Counted from the stretch's first letter, positions 38,626 to 49,529 are shown. The stretch is DNA of 64,000 nt from Candidatus Woesearchaeota archaeon (GCA_020637435.1 JACJVW010000003.1:4787-68786), one strand, 5' to 3'. Notes: a model not told the origin generated them from the sequence alone. Translations and numbers: made by a program.

Positions 38626-40533
38626 ATGGACAAGTATGAGTATGTGTCGAAGTTTAAGACGCTGATTACGCGTGAACGTAACGCAGAGATTGAGTTTCAT
38701 ACTGAGGAGATTAAGTCTCTTAAGCCGTTTGCCCGTGAGAAAAAGGGGCGGGCTTTGCTAGATATGGTGAAGCAATCTTTTAAACGGGAAGGGGAGTCGG
38801 TGTTCCGCTTTGTGAAGATGAATGGCGAAAAGCTTCCTCACAATGAATTTGCGATAGGTACAAACGTGCTTATCAGTTCTGGAAGACCGCTTGAGCATCA
38901 CCTTAAAGGTGTGGTTATGCAAAAAAGCGGAATGCACCTGGATGTGTACGTGCAGACGCAGTCAAATATGCTGCAACGGGACCGTCTGCGTATCGATGTC
39001 TATGTGAATGATACGACGTATCAGGCGCAGCTACAGATTCTTGATAATTTTAAGGAATGGGCGCTTGATAAACGAACTATCCGTGAGGTTCTGCTTCATG
39101 AGATGCGTCCCCGGCTTGGCAAGGGTGGTGATGTAGAGTACTTTGATGAACTCTTAAACGAGTCACAAAAACTGGCTGTCTCGTATGCCTTGCAGGAAGA
39201 TGATTTCTATCTTATCCAAGGTCCTCCCGGAACAGGAAAGACGAAGACTAGCATCGAGATCGTCAGGCAGCTGATTAAGCAAGGTAAGTCGGTTCTTGTC
39301 AGCGCTGATTCGAATGTAGCTACGGACAATATCATGCTTGGTCTGGTGCAACATACATCTGTGATACGGATTGGTGAGAGTCCAAAAATCAGCGAAGAGA
39401 TTGAGGAGCATACCCTTCAAAATATGGTCAAACAAAGTGCGGGTTATCGAGTTATCTCTGAGGGTGAAGCTTTGGTCAAGAAGTACAGAGAAGAGCAGCG
39501 CAAGCATACCATGCCTACGAAGAAGAATAGTGCAGGTGTGTCACATTTCCAGATCGTAAAGATGGCAGAGCGTGAGCAGTCCGGCTTTGGTATGTCGGTC
39601 GATACGCTGAAATCCATGGCTAAGTGGATTAAGTTTCAAGAGAAGATTAAATTCATTCATAAGAAACTAGATGGCGTTCGCAGAAAGGTTATGAAAGGGT
39701 GTATTGATAGCGCTTCGGTTATCTGTACGACGAACACGACTGCCGGGAGTCATCATCTTGATGGCATCACTTTTGATGCAGTCCTTATCGATGAAGCTGG
39801 GCAAAGCACTGAACCCAGCTGCCTAATACCAATCTCTAAAGCGAAGAAGGTTATCCTGGTGGGTGATCATAAGCAATTGCCACCTACTATCCTTAGCAGG
39901 AACGCACAGGAACTGAGCGTTTCACTCTTCGAACGGATGTTCGGGCATTGCAGATACACACTTCTTGATACACAATACCGTATGCATCCGCTCATCAATC
40001 AGTTTCCTAGCGATGAATTCTATGAGGGTAAGCTCAAAACGTACAGTAAGAATGTGAGTCATGTTATAAAGGATCCAGTTTTTGAAAAGAATGTAGTATT
40101 TATTGATGTTAAGGGTGTTGAGAAGAAGTTTAAAGGTGCGACAAGCTACTATAACGTACCTGAAGTTGATCGGATTATGGACCTTGTTGAAAAGTATGCT
40201 AAGCATGGGGTTAAGGCAGAAGATATTGGTGTTATCAGTCCTTACAATGAGCAGGTGCGAAAACTGCAGGAGCGCATGCCTTTTGTTGAGGTGCATAGTA
40301 TTGACGGATTTCAGGGGCGGGAGAAGAAGGTGATTATCATATCTCTGGTTCGTTGCAATGGCCGTGGAGAGATAGGTTTTCTTAAGGACCTTCGAAGACT
40401 TAATGTGGCACTTACGCGAGCTATTTGTGAGCTGGTGGTGATCGGTGATGAGAAGACTATCTGCTCCAATGCTACGTATCGGCGATTTGTTGATTTTGTA
40501 AAGAAGGACGGAACGTATATTTCTAAATCTTAA
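38626..40533 (+). CDS. SF1B helicase, Upf1/IGHMBP2 family
   Basis: [46 protein letters not shown]. Confidence 0.95.
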   Translation: MDKYEYVSKFKTLITRERNAEIEFHTEEIKSLKPFAREKKGRALLDMVKQSFKREGESVFRFVKMNGEKLPHNEFAIGTNVLISSGRPLEHHLKGVVMQKSGMHLDVYVQTQSNMLQRDRLRIDVYVNDTTYQAQLQILDNFKEWALDKRTIREVLLHEMRPRLGKGGDVEYFDELLNESQKLAVSYALQEDDFYLIQGPPGTGKTKTSIEIVRQLIKQGKSVLVSADSNVATDNIMLGLVQHTSVIRIGESPKISEEIEEHTLQNMVKQSAGYRVISEGEALVKKYREEQRKHTMPTKKNSAGVSHFQIVKMAEREQSGFGMSVDTLKSMAKWIKFQEKIKFIHKKLDGVRRKVMKGCIDSASVICTTNTTAGSHHLDGITFDAVLIDEAGQSTEPSCLIPISKAKKVILVGDHKQLPPTILSRNAQELSVSLFERMFGHCRYTLLDTQYRMHPLINQFPSDEFYEGKLKTYSKNVSHVIKDPVFEKNVVFIDVKGVEKKFKGATSYYNVPEVDRIMDLVEKYAKHGVKAEDIGVISPYNEQVRKLQERMPFVEVHSIDGFQGREKKVIIISLVRCNGRGEIGFLKDLRRLNVALTRAICELVVIGDEKTICSNATYRRFVDFVKKDGTYISKS

Positions 40534-43500
40534 TGTAGATGAGGTAGTCGGGTGCATCTTCTACCGTGCCATCATCAGGGACTATTATCTGATAGTCGTG
40601 CTGTTCATAGTTGTAACCGTAAGTGCTGTTGTACACGTAGCCTGTGTAGAGGATCTGGTCATTGTTGACATCATATAGAATGACTTGCTTAAAAACAGAA
40701 GATTGATTGGTGCCGTTGACATTGAGATGGGTGGTATTGCATGTGTTTGGAAGTATCGCATCAGGACTTAATGTAATTAACGGGTGGTCAGGCGTCCCGA
40801 AGGTGTTGTGCAGGTTGTCGGATGCCGTGGAAAGTCCCAGCAGTACTTCTTCGTCATCCTGGTGCGTATCATTTGCACAGGTTACATTGGCGAATGAGAT
40901 GGTGGAACGTGCTGCGATGATATAGCTTGGTCGGATATCACCCCAATCGAAAGCAACGTTGCTTGCATCATCGCGCAACCGGACTGATGCATTAGCTCTA
41001 CCATAGAAGAAATGCCAGTTTGTACTCCGTACGCTTTGAGAAAGGTTGAGTATGGTGACATAGCCTCCCTGTCCACCAACAGCAGCACCTGCTATCAATA
41101 CATCGTCTACTGCAGATAGAGTCGAATAGCCAGTACGATTACAGGTTACATTGAACCAATGGAAAGCATACGTGCTGAAATTATGCTCAAAAGTGAACTG
41201 TGTGCCTGTATTAGTCATATTCTGGACTGTAGGGTCATCGCTGAAGAAGATCTGACAGGAAGCGTCATTGATATGGTTGCCTGAAGTATGGTTTGTGTAG
41301 TTCGCGTAAAATGTCACGCTCGTGTTTATCTCGCTGTAATTGGTCTCAACTGAATCATAGATAACAAGGTTTGAGTTGGCGCCGATGCTGTAAGTCGTGA
41401 AATGACTGACTGTGAAAGAGATTACACCTCCTGCATTGCTTACTATGGTGCAATCAGCACATACTTGTCCATCCTGTAGTATCAGTGGGTTTTCAATGTT
41501 TATGTTTTTCAAAGTGAGTGTCGCTGACCTGTTTAAGGCAGGAAGATTGGTGGTGTCAATCGTTATGGTGTTTTGGCTTATGGTGACAAATTCAGGAATA
41601 TCACCACCCTGTGAGAGGTCTATTGATTCAGAGAAGTTGATGCTGCCGTATGAGATCTTTTCCAGCACCATGTTGGTTATGTTGCTCAGATTCTGACCTC
41701 CAAGAGAGGTAGTTGCGCCGTCGAACCCGGTCAGATGGGAGACGAACACATAGGCTCCGTTTCCAGTATCGTCACCACCGTCATCAGAGAAGCATTGTAT
41801 ATTCCATGCAAGAGTACCTCCATCATCTGCTGACCAGGAGATGGTATCAGATATATTGCGTGTTACGCTGGTGTCATTGGCTACCTGAATACCATCTATG
41901 AGCAGGGTGCAGTATGTTATCGTATCAGTCGCGTCTACGATGTATGAGAAATTGATGAGGCTGCCAGTAATGTAACTTTGATTAAATGGTGAGTTTAGGG
42001 TGATGTTGACTATTGGTGGTGTAAGGTCTTCAACTATAGTTATCTTGAAATGTTCTGTGAGGTTTCGCTCAGTACCATCTTCGTATATGGTGAAAAAATC
42101 CCATTCACCAATTTGTGTTGCATTGACTGTCCAAGTCGTTGTGCAGTTCTCCCCATCATTAAGGTTGTTTAGGCAGCCGTCAGTATTTGGATTGGTTGTG
42201 GTTGTGTAGAAGGGGTCAGCACCATTCCATGAGCTAATGTAAGGTACGACTCCTTTGGGTAAAGTTGTGCTTAGGTCAATGCGCGGATAATACTCATCTG
42301 TTTGAGTATCATATAGTTTTTTACCCGCGTTTTGCAGCTTCGTTTTGATATCGAGAGGTGATATCTCGTGTCCGTAGCTGGTTCGATAGTATTGTTTCAT
42401 GAGTGCTGCCGCTCCGGCAACTTGCGGTGTAGCCTGAGATGTACCATGTTTTGCAGTTGTTCCTCCCGTATGGGAAAATGCAATGATTTCTGCACCCGGT
42501 GCAAGGAGGTCCATGATACTTTCTCTGTTTGTGAAGCAGGTGAGTTTGTCTGCAGCTGTTGAGGTATCTGAGCAGGAGGAGTACGACCATCCGTGTCCGT
42601 AATTGTAGTCAAATACGGCACCAACAGAGACAGCATTAGCTACGCATGCCGGTGAACTGATTCCTGTGTAATCAGCATCATTTCCTGTGGCAGCGACTAC
42701 GAAGATATCCTGGCTTACAGCAGTGTTGATTACTGTTGCTTCAGAGGGATATGAACCGTCACAAGCTGATGCAAATCTTGACCCACCTCCCAGGCTTAGA
42801 GATATCACTGAAATGTTGTAGGTAGCCGCATTGTCAACGCACCAGTCAATTCCTGCAATTACATCAGAATTGTATCCTGAGCCAGCTGAGTCAAGCACCT
42901 TAATTGCCACAATATTTGCTTCAGGCGCTACGCCAATGTACTGATTGTAATTTCCTGCAGCGATGCTCGCGCAATGCGTGCCATGACCATTATCATCATC
43001 AGCAGCAGTGTCTTCAGGGGTATTGTCTGGGCAGCAATTATCTGTGCAGTAACAATACTCGGCTACTATTCGGTCTTGAAAACCTGCATGGTCAGTGTCT
43101 ATACCCGTATCAACAACACATATAGTCTCCCCTTTTCCTGTAATATTGGTTGAATTTACATAGAGATTCCAGGCTTGTTCTGCCTGAATAAGTGGGGAAC
43201 TTTGTGTCAAACTTATATGTACGGGCTTTATTGTTGTAATGGTTTTAATGTCAGGGTCTTCAAGAAGCATATCAAGCCCTTTTTGCGTAATGCTTCCTGC
43301 CAGAGACGGGATTGTTTCATACCTGGTTACTTGTTCTATATTCTTAGGTCCAACGCTCATACCAAATACCTGAAACAAGGGGCGGTTTAGGCTATTGACT
43401 ATTCTGTCCTGTTTTCGGTCAATAGCTACTTTTTTTGATTGCATGGAAATGGCTTGAGCTGTCACTAGGTCTGTCTCGAAAGTAATGATGACTTGAACTC

Positions 43501-43750
43501 TACTTTGATTGTTGAGGGTTTTCTGTACATGCTCTTCGATGTATCTGTCTGAGATGGGGTCAAGGATTGCTGTGATATTACCGCAAATCCCTTCACAGGT
43601 TACTCCTGTGCTGATATTGAAGAAGGTGTCTCTCTGAACGGTAGAATTAGTTGTCACTATGTAGGGTACGATGGCCGCAGATGCTATCTCGATGCAAAGA
43701 AAAGAAATAATCACTAGTAATGTGGTTCTTACGGACACCCTAGAGCACAA
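40523..43750 (-). CDS. large secreted subtilisin-like S8 protease with Ig-like and surface-repeat C-terminal domains
   Basis: Signal peptide, propeptide, VVDTG, HGTHCA, GTSQATP catalytic triad. Confidence 0.93.
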   Translation of the reverse strand: MCSRVSVRTTLLVIISFLCIEIASAAIVPYIVTTNSTVQRDTFFNISTGVTCEGICGNITAILDPISDRYIEEHVQKTLNNQSRVQVIITFETDLVTAQAISMQSKKVAIDRKQDRIVNSLNRPLFQVFGMSVGPKNIEQVTRYETIPSLAGSITQKGLDMLLEDPDIKTITTIKPVHISLTQSSPLIQAEQAWNLYVNSTNITGKGETICVVDTGIDTDHAGFQDRIVAEYCYCTDNCCPDNTPEDTAADDDNGHGTHCASIAAGNYNQYIGVAPEANIVAIKVLDSAGSGYNSDVIAGIDWCVDNAATYNISVISLSLGGGSRFASACDGSYPSEATVINTAVSQDIFVVAATGNDADYTGISSPACVANAVSVGAVFDYNYGHGWSYSSCSDTSTAADKLTCFTNRESIMDLLAPGAEIIAFSHTGGTTAKHGTSQATPQVAGAAALMKQYYRTSYGHEISPLDIKTKLQNAGKKLYDTQTDEYYPRIDLSTTLPKGVVPYISSWNGADPFYTTTTNPNTDGCLNNLNDGENCTTTWTVNATQIGEWDFFTIYEDGTERNLTEHFKITIVEDLTPPIVNITLNSPFNQSYITGSLINFSYIVDATDTITYCTLLIDGIQVANDTSVTRNISDTISWSADDGGTLAWNIQCFSDDGGDDTGNGAYVFVSHLTGFDGATTSLGGQNLSNITNMVLEKISYGSINFSESIDLSQGGDIPEFVTISQNTITIDTTNLPALNRSATLTLKNINIENPLILQDGQVCADCTIVSNAGGVISFTVSHFTTYSIGANSNLVIYDSVETNYSEINTSVTFYANYTNHTSGNHINDASCQIFFSDDPTVQNMTNTGTQFTFEHNFSTYAFHWFNVTCNRTGYSTLSAVDDVLIAGAAVGGQGGYVTILNLSQSVRSTNWHFFYGRANASVRLRDDASNVAFDWGDIRPSYIIAARSTISFANVTCANDTHQDDEEVLLGLSTASDNLHNTFGTPDHPLITLSPDAILPNTCNTTHLNVNGTNQSSVFKQVILYDVNNDQILYTGYVYNSTYGYNYEQHDYQIIVPDDGTVEDAPDYLIYIKI

Positions 43751-43845
43751 TTCAGGTTCTTTGATTTATAAAGTTTGGCGTCAGACATCACTTTGTTTAG
43801 AAGGGCCTTGGTCTTTTTAGTATTTTAGAGTAGAAACAAAGCTTT

Positions 43846-45078
43846 TTGATAGAAGGAATTCCTGATTATCATGTGGAGCCATTTATCATCACTCTCCTGT
43901 ACCTAACGATCCTCTTAGCGCTAGGTGTCATCATATTGACGATGTCACGGGCGCTGCGGATTCCTGGCATCTTCCTTCTGGTTATCGCGGGTTATATGCT
44001 TAAGCTAAACGGCTACAATTTCTTCGATGATACTGCTATGCTGGTGTTCGCATCTTTGTCTTTGATACTTATCATGCTTGAGACCACGATGGATATCGAT
44101 ATGGCCCACATAATGAACAATTTTTTGGCTATGCTCAAATTCACTATAGGATATTTTTTCCTCAACGGCTATATCCTGACATTGGTTGTGTATCTCATCT
44201 TCGATGTCGGTTCAACTTTTGAAAGTTTCATCCTGTGCTTCCTGCTCTCAATCATCATGTATGGTGTCGACGCATCGGTCGCTCTTGAGTTTATTAAGAA
44301 CTCAAAGAAGAATCGTGTGACAGAGATGCTTAAGATTGAAGGTATCCTTTCCGGTCCTCTAGTGGTCGTTTTTGCATTTTTTGTCATCGGTCTAATCGAC
44401 TCTGGACAGTTCATGAACGACAGCGTCATCGATCCGTTGCTCATCATAGGCAAACAAATACTTATCGCGGTGTTGGTTGGTATGGGTCTCTCATTCCTCC
44501 TGTACAGATTTATGCTCTATTTCACTATCGAGAAAGAGATGAAGTGGCTATTGATCGTGTCTGTGGGTATTCTTGTCTTTGTTATGGGTGAATATTTCGG
44601 CTCAAACGGCAGTCTTGCTGTCGCGCTCTTCGGAATCCTTTACAGAGGTCTGTCCAAGTCAAGTTTCGGCAAGGAGTATACGAAGCTCATCGCGCATATC
44701 TTTTTCATCATCGTCTTCATACTGCTGGGTATGCAGTTTGATGTTCCTGATATCTTTATGGTGCTCAAAGGTCTGCTACTCTTCGGGGTCTATCTGCTGC
44801 TCAGATTCCTCTGTCTGTATCTGTTCATCAAACAATTGGACCTAAGGGAGATAGCGTTTATGACACTCAATGTAGCAAAGGGTATAGAGATAGCTCTTGT
44901 GCTTGTCATCATGAAGCTGTATTTCAGCGATGTTGATGGTATACATTTCATCCTGACGATGGGTTTTCTTTTCTTCCTATTCAGCTATATCAGCTCCACT
45001 ATCGTCATCCACTATCAGGACTTTTTTCTCGCTCCTCATAAAGCTAATAAATCGAAGAAGAAGCCGGTATCTGCATGA
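43846..45078 (+). CDS. cation/proton antiporter (CPA family)
   Basis: About 12 TM helices, GVDAS, IEGILS, GSNGSLAV. Confidence 0.82.
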   Translation: MIEGIPDYHVEPFIITLLYLTILLALGVIILTMSRALRIPGIFLLVIAGYMLKLNGYNFFDDTAMLVFASLSLILIMLETTMDIDMAHIMNNFLAMLKFTIGYFFLNGYILTLVVYLIFDVGSTFESFILCFLLSIIMYGVDASVALEFIKNSKKNRVTEMLKIEGILSGPLVVVFAFFVIGLIDSGQFMNDSVIDPLLIIGKQILIAVLVGMGLSFLLYRFMLYFTIEKEMKWLLIVSVGILVFVMGEYFGSNGSLAVALFGILYRGLSKSSFGKEYTKLIAHIFFIIVFILLGMQFDVPDIFMVLKGLLLFGVYLLLRFLCLYLFIKQLDLREIAFMTLNVAKGIEIALVLVIMKLYFSDVDGIHFILTMGFLFFLFSYISSTIVIHYQDFFLAPHKANKSKKKPVSA

Positions 45079-45311
45079 GACGCAAAAAACCTCATACCGG
45101 CACCGCTGTGAATCGCAGGGATGCATTCTACAAGTATTTTCCCGTTGATGATGTTAAGAGCATAGCTGTTCCTGCAAGGAGATGCAAGCGCAGCGGAAGG
45201 ATCACGACCAGCTACTGCGTCGTGTGCCATCAGCCATTGATTGAGAAGTATCTTATGGATGGTGTCTGTGAAGTCTGCAAGGGAAAAAGGTCAAAGGATT
45301 ATATAGGTTAA
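45075..45311 (+). CDS. small Cys-rich zinc-finger protein
   Basis: CVVC and CEVC pairs; ATGA overlap with the antiporter stop. Confidence 0.6.
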   Translation: MRRKKPHTGTAVNRRDAFYKYFPVDDVKSIAVPARRCKRSGRITTSYCVVCHQPLIEKYLMDGVCEVCKGKRSKDYIG

Positions 45312-46696
45312 CGAAGCTGTGGAATCTCCATATAGTCTCTCCACAAGCCTACGACTGCATTTATGATGGCCCAGGCGGAGTTGGGTATGTCTGAGGTTAC
45401 TTCCTTCTTTTGCATGGTATATGCGTGGTTGTGCGCCATCTGGGGGTGGATCTCAGCATTGATATCCATGTCGACAGACCTTATCTGCAATTCGATGGCT
45501 TGATACTTCTGCACCTGGTCACCTATCCTGTCTCCTATCATGAATGGTACGTGCAATGACTGATATCCTGTGCCTTTTGGATTTTTAATATAGTCTTTGG
45601 CGAGCGCAGGGTCGATACGCATCAGACCATCGCTCTGCTCGACGATCACTTTGAATGCTTCATAGAAATCATATACCTGATCCTTGTCACGTACTATGAC
45701 TCTGATACCAAACATATCCTGAAAAGATTTTGGCCTGTCACCCTGTTCTCCAAGGGTCTTTCGGTCATATAAGGTACGAAGCAGTTTCATGGCCATACTA
45801 TTCCAGCTTTTTACCCGGGTCTGTACTTCAGCATAGGGCAGATGAATCCTCTTCGACTGGTCGATAGCTTCCACTAGATACTCCACATAGTCTTCTAGTT
45901 CAGGTTTCTTGCTCACATAGTCGTCGAGCACCAGGTGTCTTCTTTTAATATCTCTGAGTATCTGGTAGCAGGCTTCGTAATTGATGTCACCGTTACTCTT
46001 AAGGGTGTCCGGCATATGTGAAAGGAAATTCTGGGCAAAGTAATTGGATGATATCCTTTGGCCTACATGTCCACCGTAGGTGGCTTTATACACTCTTTGT
46101 AGCAGAGGAGCAACCGCTTTTTTCATGTCTCCCGCTTTGGGTGCGCTTTCGTAAAAGGTAATCTCGCCGCTTTTTTTTGTCCTGTGCGTAGGGAGGTGGA
46201 GTCTTGGATGCGTACCGGTGGTGTCCCAGTTGAGGTCTTTACCGTAAATCACGTTCCTGAATCGGAAATCTTCTTCTAGAATATCTGCATCCTGAGTCTG
46301 GAAAATAGTCGCTATCTTCGTTCTATCTTCAAGAGAATACATGGTGATCTGATTCAAAGTGGTCGGTACGCTTGGTGTTGGAGGGATGATGGAGGCCTCT
46401 TCAAGCGTTTCCCTTATCTTGTCGGGAAGCACTTTCCTCAGCTTCACTTCACCCTCTCTTCGGGATTCGCTGACAATGGACCAGAGCCTTTGGATCTCAT
46501 CATCATGTACAATTCGGTTGAGTGTACTAAGAAGCGTACCTTCGCTCATGCTTACCAGTTTTTCCAAAGGATACGCGGTGAATACCCGAGCAAATTGATA
46601 GCTAACGTCTTGCGGGTCAAGGAATGCGGGCTCCACAGCATGACTGAATCTACTGTAGAGCTGCTCATTCACTTCATGACGCATCGTGTTTGGCAT
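45308..46696 (-). CDS. RelA/SpoT-domain nucleotide pyrophosphokinase with long unknown N-terminus
   Basis: RVKS..S...K, QDMFGIRV, DYIKNPKGTGYQSLH, ELQIRS, AE...AH..Y. Confidence 0.85.
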   Translation of the reverse strand: MPNTMRHEVNEQLYSRFSHAVEPAFLDPQDVSYQFARVFTAYPLEKLVSMSEGTLLSTLNRIVHDDEIQRLWSIVSESRREGEVKLRKVLPDKIRETLEEASIIPPTPSVPTTLNQITMYSLEDRTKIATIFQTQDADILEEDFRFRNVIYGKDLNWDTTGTHPRLHLPTHRTKKSGEITFYESAPKAGDMKKAVAPLLQRVYKATYGGHVGQRISSNYFAQNFLSHMPDTLKSNGDINYEACYQILRDIKRRHLVLDDYVSKKPELEDYVEYLVEAIDQSKRIHLPYAEVQTRVKSWNSMAMKLLRTLYDRKTLGEQGDRPKSFQDMFGIRVIVRDKDQVYDFYEAFKVIVEQSDGLMRIDPALAKDYIKNPKGTGYQSLHVPFMIGDRIGDQVQKYQAIELQIRSVDMDINAEIHPQMAHNHAYTMQKKEVTSDIPNSAWAIINAVVGLWRDYMEIPQLR

Positions 46697-47108
46697 AGGG
46701 GAGCGCTACTTAAATTTTATTTATAAATCTTACTTTTCTTTGTCTCTTTTTAGTAGTAATCGTTGTCATCTTGCTTGGGATACCAGACATTTTATCGAAC
46801 CAATGAGAATTGTGAAGATGCAAATAGAATGTAATACTGGCTTATGATGAAAACAATTCTGTGGCTCGTATTGCCTATGTGATCGTAAATCTCTAAACGT
46901 TTTATTTCGTCCATGAAAACTATTATATACTTGCTTCACTTATGGTCAAGGTATGAACACAAAAGTTGATTGTATTCATTGTTAATTCAACCAGTTATAT
47001 TTCTGCAATCATTCTTCTGAATCATGGGTAGCTCGGCTACTCTGTAAACTCTATCTGGATTCTTGGAATTTCTTGAAATCGATTGTTGAATAAATGGAGG
47101 AATGAAAA

Positions 47109-47768
47109 ATGTATAGAGAATCAATCTATGAATTTATCAAAGGAGAAGCGACATTATTGCTTCCTAAACAGGGCGGATTATTTGATTACATGTGGGATCT
47201 TTTACCTGAAATTGGTCTAGAGGAAGTAGTGATGGATTTGGATCTGCTTAAGCGCAAGGCACTGGACAAGTTAACAATAGGAGATCTTACTGTACAACTT
47301 GTCAGAGGTGAAGATATATCACAACGAGTAATGGATTCCCTTGGACTGGGAAGAAATACATATGGGCTTACTGGCGATGACCTTTATGATGAGTGGAGGC
47401 TAACTCAACCAGAGAATCCCCTTGAAGTGAAGAACACCTATGATTGGGTTGACAAGAGAGCTATTTATGGAAGGCCTGCACTTTGTGTTGTTAACAGGTC
47501 TGGTGAGCTAGGAAAGATAAGATCCGGATCAATCATCGCTCTAAACAGGAAATATGTCAATACATCAAAGCTTGCCCTTGAAGATTCCTTAAAAGATATG
47601 TCTTTTTTGTACAGAGTTTATAGTGGAGATACGGAGAAGGTCGTTGAAGCAGGCAACGCAAGCGCAGCAGTCGATATAGTGTATAGTGGTTCTACATTGG
47701 AATCGACTGGTCTTAAGATTGCTGCATGTATCAGGACTAGTGACCTATCGCTAATAGGAAGCAAGTAA
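47109..47768 (+). CDS. hisG: ATP phosphoribosyltransferase, short-form-like
   Basis: LPKQG.L, GLTGDDL, KY.N, G.TE, VDIV.SGSTL...GL; GGAGG SD. Confidence 0.8.
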   Translation: MYRESIYEFIKGEATLLLPKQGGLFDYMWDLLPEIGLEEVVMDLDLLKRKALDKLTIGDLTVQLVRGEDISQRVMDSLGLGRNTYGLTGDDLYDEWRLTQPENPLEVKNTYDWVDKRAIYGRPALCVVNRSGELGKIRSGSIIALNRKYVNTSKLALEDSLKDMSFLYRVYSGDTEKVVEAGNASAAVDIVYSGSTLESTGLKIAACIRTSDLSLIGSK

Positions 47769-47973
47769 TTTTTTTTATTATTATTGACAACCAATGCATA
47801 TCTGCAAAGAAATCTGTTTCTTCTTTTTTTTCTTTGGCAAATGCTCCTTTTCTATTTATGAGTTGACTAATGCTCAATGCTTCTAGGGACTCTTCACAAA
47901 CTTTTTAGAAATAGAAAACTCTTTTTCGTACATTTGCTAAGAAAAAAGAGAAGAAGAAAAAAAGTCCAGAAAA

Positions 47974-48474
47974 CTATTTCGAACCGTAATAGAAATAGTT
48001 CTCCAGGACCACGTTGTCTGGAGAAAAGTTCCCCTGCCTGGGATGGCTTTCCTTTTGTGTCTGAGGTTTCCCGCCTGAATTCTCGGTAGACACTTGGTTT
48101 GATGCATGTTGTTGAACTTGTTCCACAGGTCGTTCTACAGGTTGAGCTTTAATGGCTTTGATCTGCTGCATCTCATTGTAGAGTTTTTTCATCTCTTCTG
48201 CGATGAGCTTGTTGTTCTTCATTATAGCATCCGAAACAATCTGCCTTATCTCCTGTTCTGTCACAGACTTAGTCTGTGGTTCCACCTTCGGAAGTTCCTG
48301 TACAACAGTCTCCTGTCGTTTGTAGCTCTCAGGCACAGAGTTCTCGTAGATACTTGTCGCCTGACTTACCGCGTCGTCGAATGACTGAACGTGTCCGTTC
48401 TTTGTCAATTCTGCAATCATCTGGTTCGCTTTTCTGAGTTCTTCTATGTTCATCATTCTGTACCGCACCTTCAT
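47974..48474 (-). CDS. hypothetical protein coupled to ftsZ
   Basis: ATGA overlap with the ftsZ stop; C-terminal ENYFYYG. Confidence 0.7.
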   Translation of the reverse strand: MKVRYRMMNIEELRKANQMIAELTKNGHVQSFDDAVSQATSIYENSVPESYKRQETVVQELPKVEPQTKSVTEQEIRQIVSDAIMKNNKLIAEEMKKLYNEMQQIKAIKAQPVERPVEQVQQHASNQVSTENSGGKPQTQKESHPRQGNFSPDNVVLENYFYYGSK

Positions 48475-49529
48475 ACAAAATTAATGTCCAACTCACTGGA
48501 GAGTGAGTTTTTCCGCTGCTGTACCTGTTTTGCGTCTTCTTTTCCGACGATCCAGGGTGAATTGACTCCGGTCATGATGGTCATGACACAGATCTTTCCT
48601 TTCATGTTCTCTGATACACGAGCGCCCCAGATGACATTGGCGTCTTCGCTGAGATTCTTGGTGACTTCGTCACCTACTGCTTCGACTTCTTCAAGAGTCA
48701 TGTCAGGTCCGCCCTCAATGTGGATGAGCGCTCCGTCTGCTCCTTTGTAGTCTATGTCAAGCAGTGGGTTGGAAAGCGCACCGCCTACAGCTTCAGCAGC
48801 CCTGTTGTTGGTATCTGAATACCCTACCCCGATTGCGGCAACGCCGCCGTTTTTCATGATCGCTTTTACATCAGCGAAATCAAGATTGACAAGTGATGGA
48901 ACGGAGATGGTCTCAACGATTCCACGAATCATGGTTGCGACAAGCTCGTTAGCAACAGCGAATGCTTGCTGTACTGGAAGGTTTCCAGCTATTTTGACCA
49001 GTCTGTTGTTGTCTACAACGATGACGGTATCCGCGATAGCGCGTAGTTTCTGCAGACCTACTTCGGCTTTGTCGATCCTTGCACGTTCTATGCTAAATGG
49101 CATGGTCACTGTTCCTATGACGATGGATCCCATCTCGGAAGCAATCTTGCCTACCATAGGAGCAGAGCCTGTTCCTGTGCCGCCGCCCATACCAGCGCAG
49201 ACAAAGACCATATCGGTATTTTTGAGGCTTTCTTTGACCTCATTCATGTTCTCCTGGACTGCAGCAGCCCCTTTTTCAGGGAAGCCACCACATCCAAGAC
49301 CTTTTGTCACACTAGCGCCGATGAGAAATTTCTCATCAGCTTCAGTGATGTTCAGATGTTGCTGATCGGTATTGCATGCGATAATCTTAGCGCCTTTGAT
49401 GCCTTTTCGGTACAGCCAACTTACCATATTGTTGCCTGCGCCACCGCATCCTATAACTTTGATATTTGCTTGTCCTACCTCGACTTCGGGCATTGCGCCC
49501 ACCAAATTCTCCGGGTTAAATATGTCCAT
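48471..49529 (-). CDS. ftsZ: cell division protein FtsZ
   Basis: GCGGAGNN, GMGGGTGTG, NLDFAD. Confidence 0.98.
   Translation of the reverse strand: MDIFNPENLVGAMPEVEVGQANIKVIGCGGAGNNMVSWLYRKGIKGAKIIACNTDQQHLNITEADEKFLIGASVTKGLGCGGFPEKGAAAVQENMNEVKESLKNTDMVFVCAGMGGGTGTGSAPMVGKIASEMGSIVIGTVTMPFSIERARIDKAEVGLQKLRAIADTVIVVDNNRLVKIAGNLPVQQAFAVANELVATMIRGIVETISVPSLVNLDFADVKAIMKNGGVAAIGVGYSDTNNRAAEAVGGALSNPLLDIDYKGADGALIHIEGGPDMTLEEVEAVGDEVTKNLSEDANVIWGARVSENMKGKICVMTIMTGVNSPWIVGKEDAKQVQQRKNSLSSELDINFV

Noticed and set aside
46940-47108. His-rich leader peptide upstream of hisG, by analogy with the DAHP synthase leader
   Set aside because: The best uORF (MNTKVDCIHC) has a single His codon; other frames have no run of His
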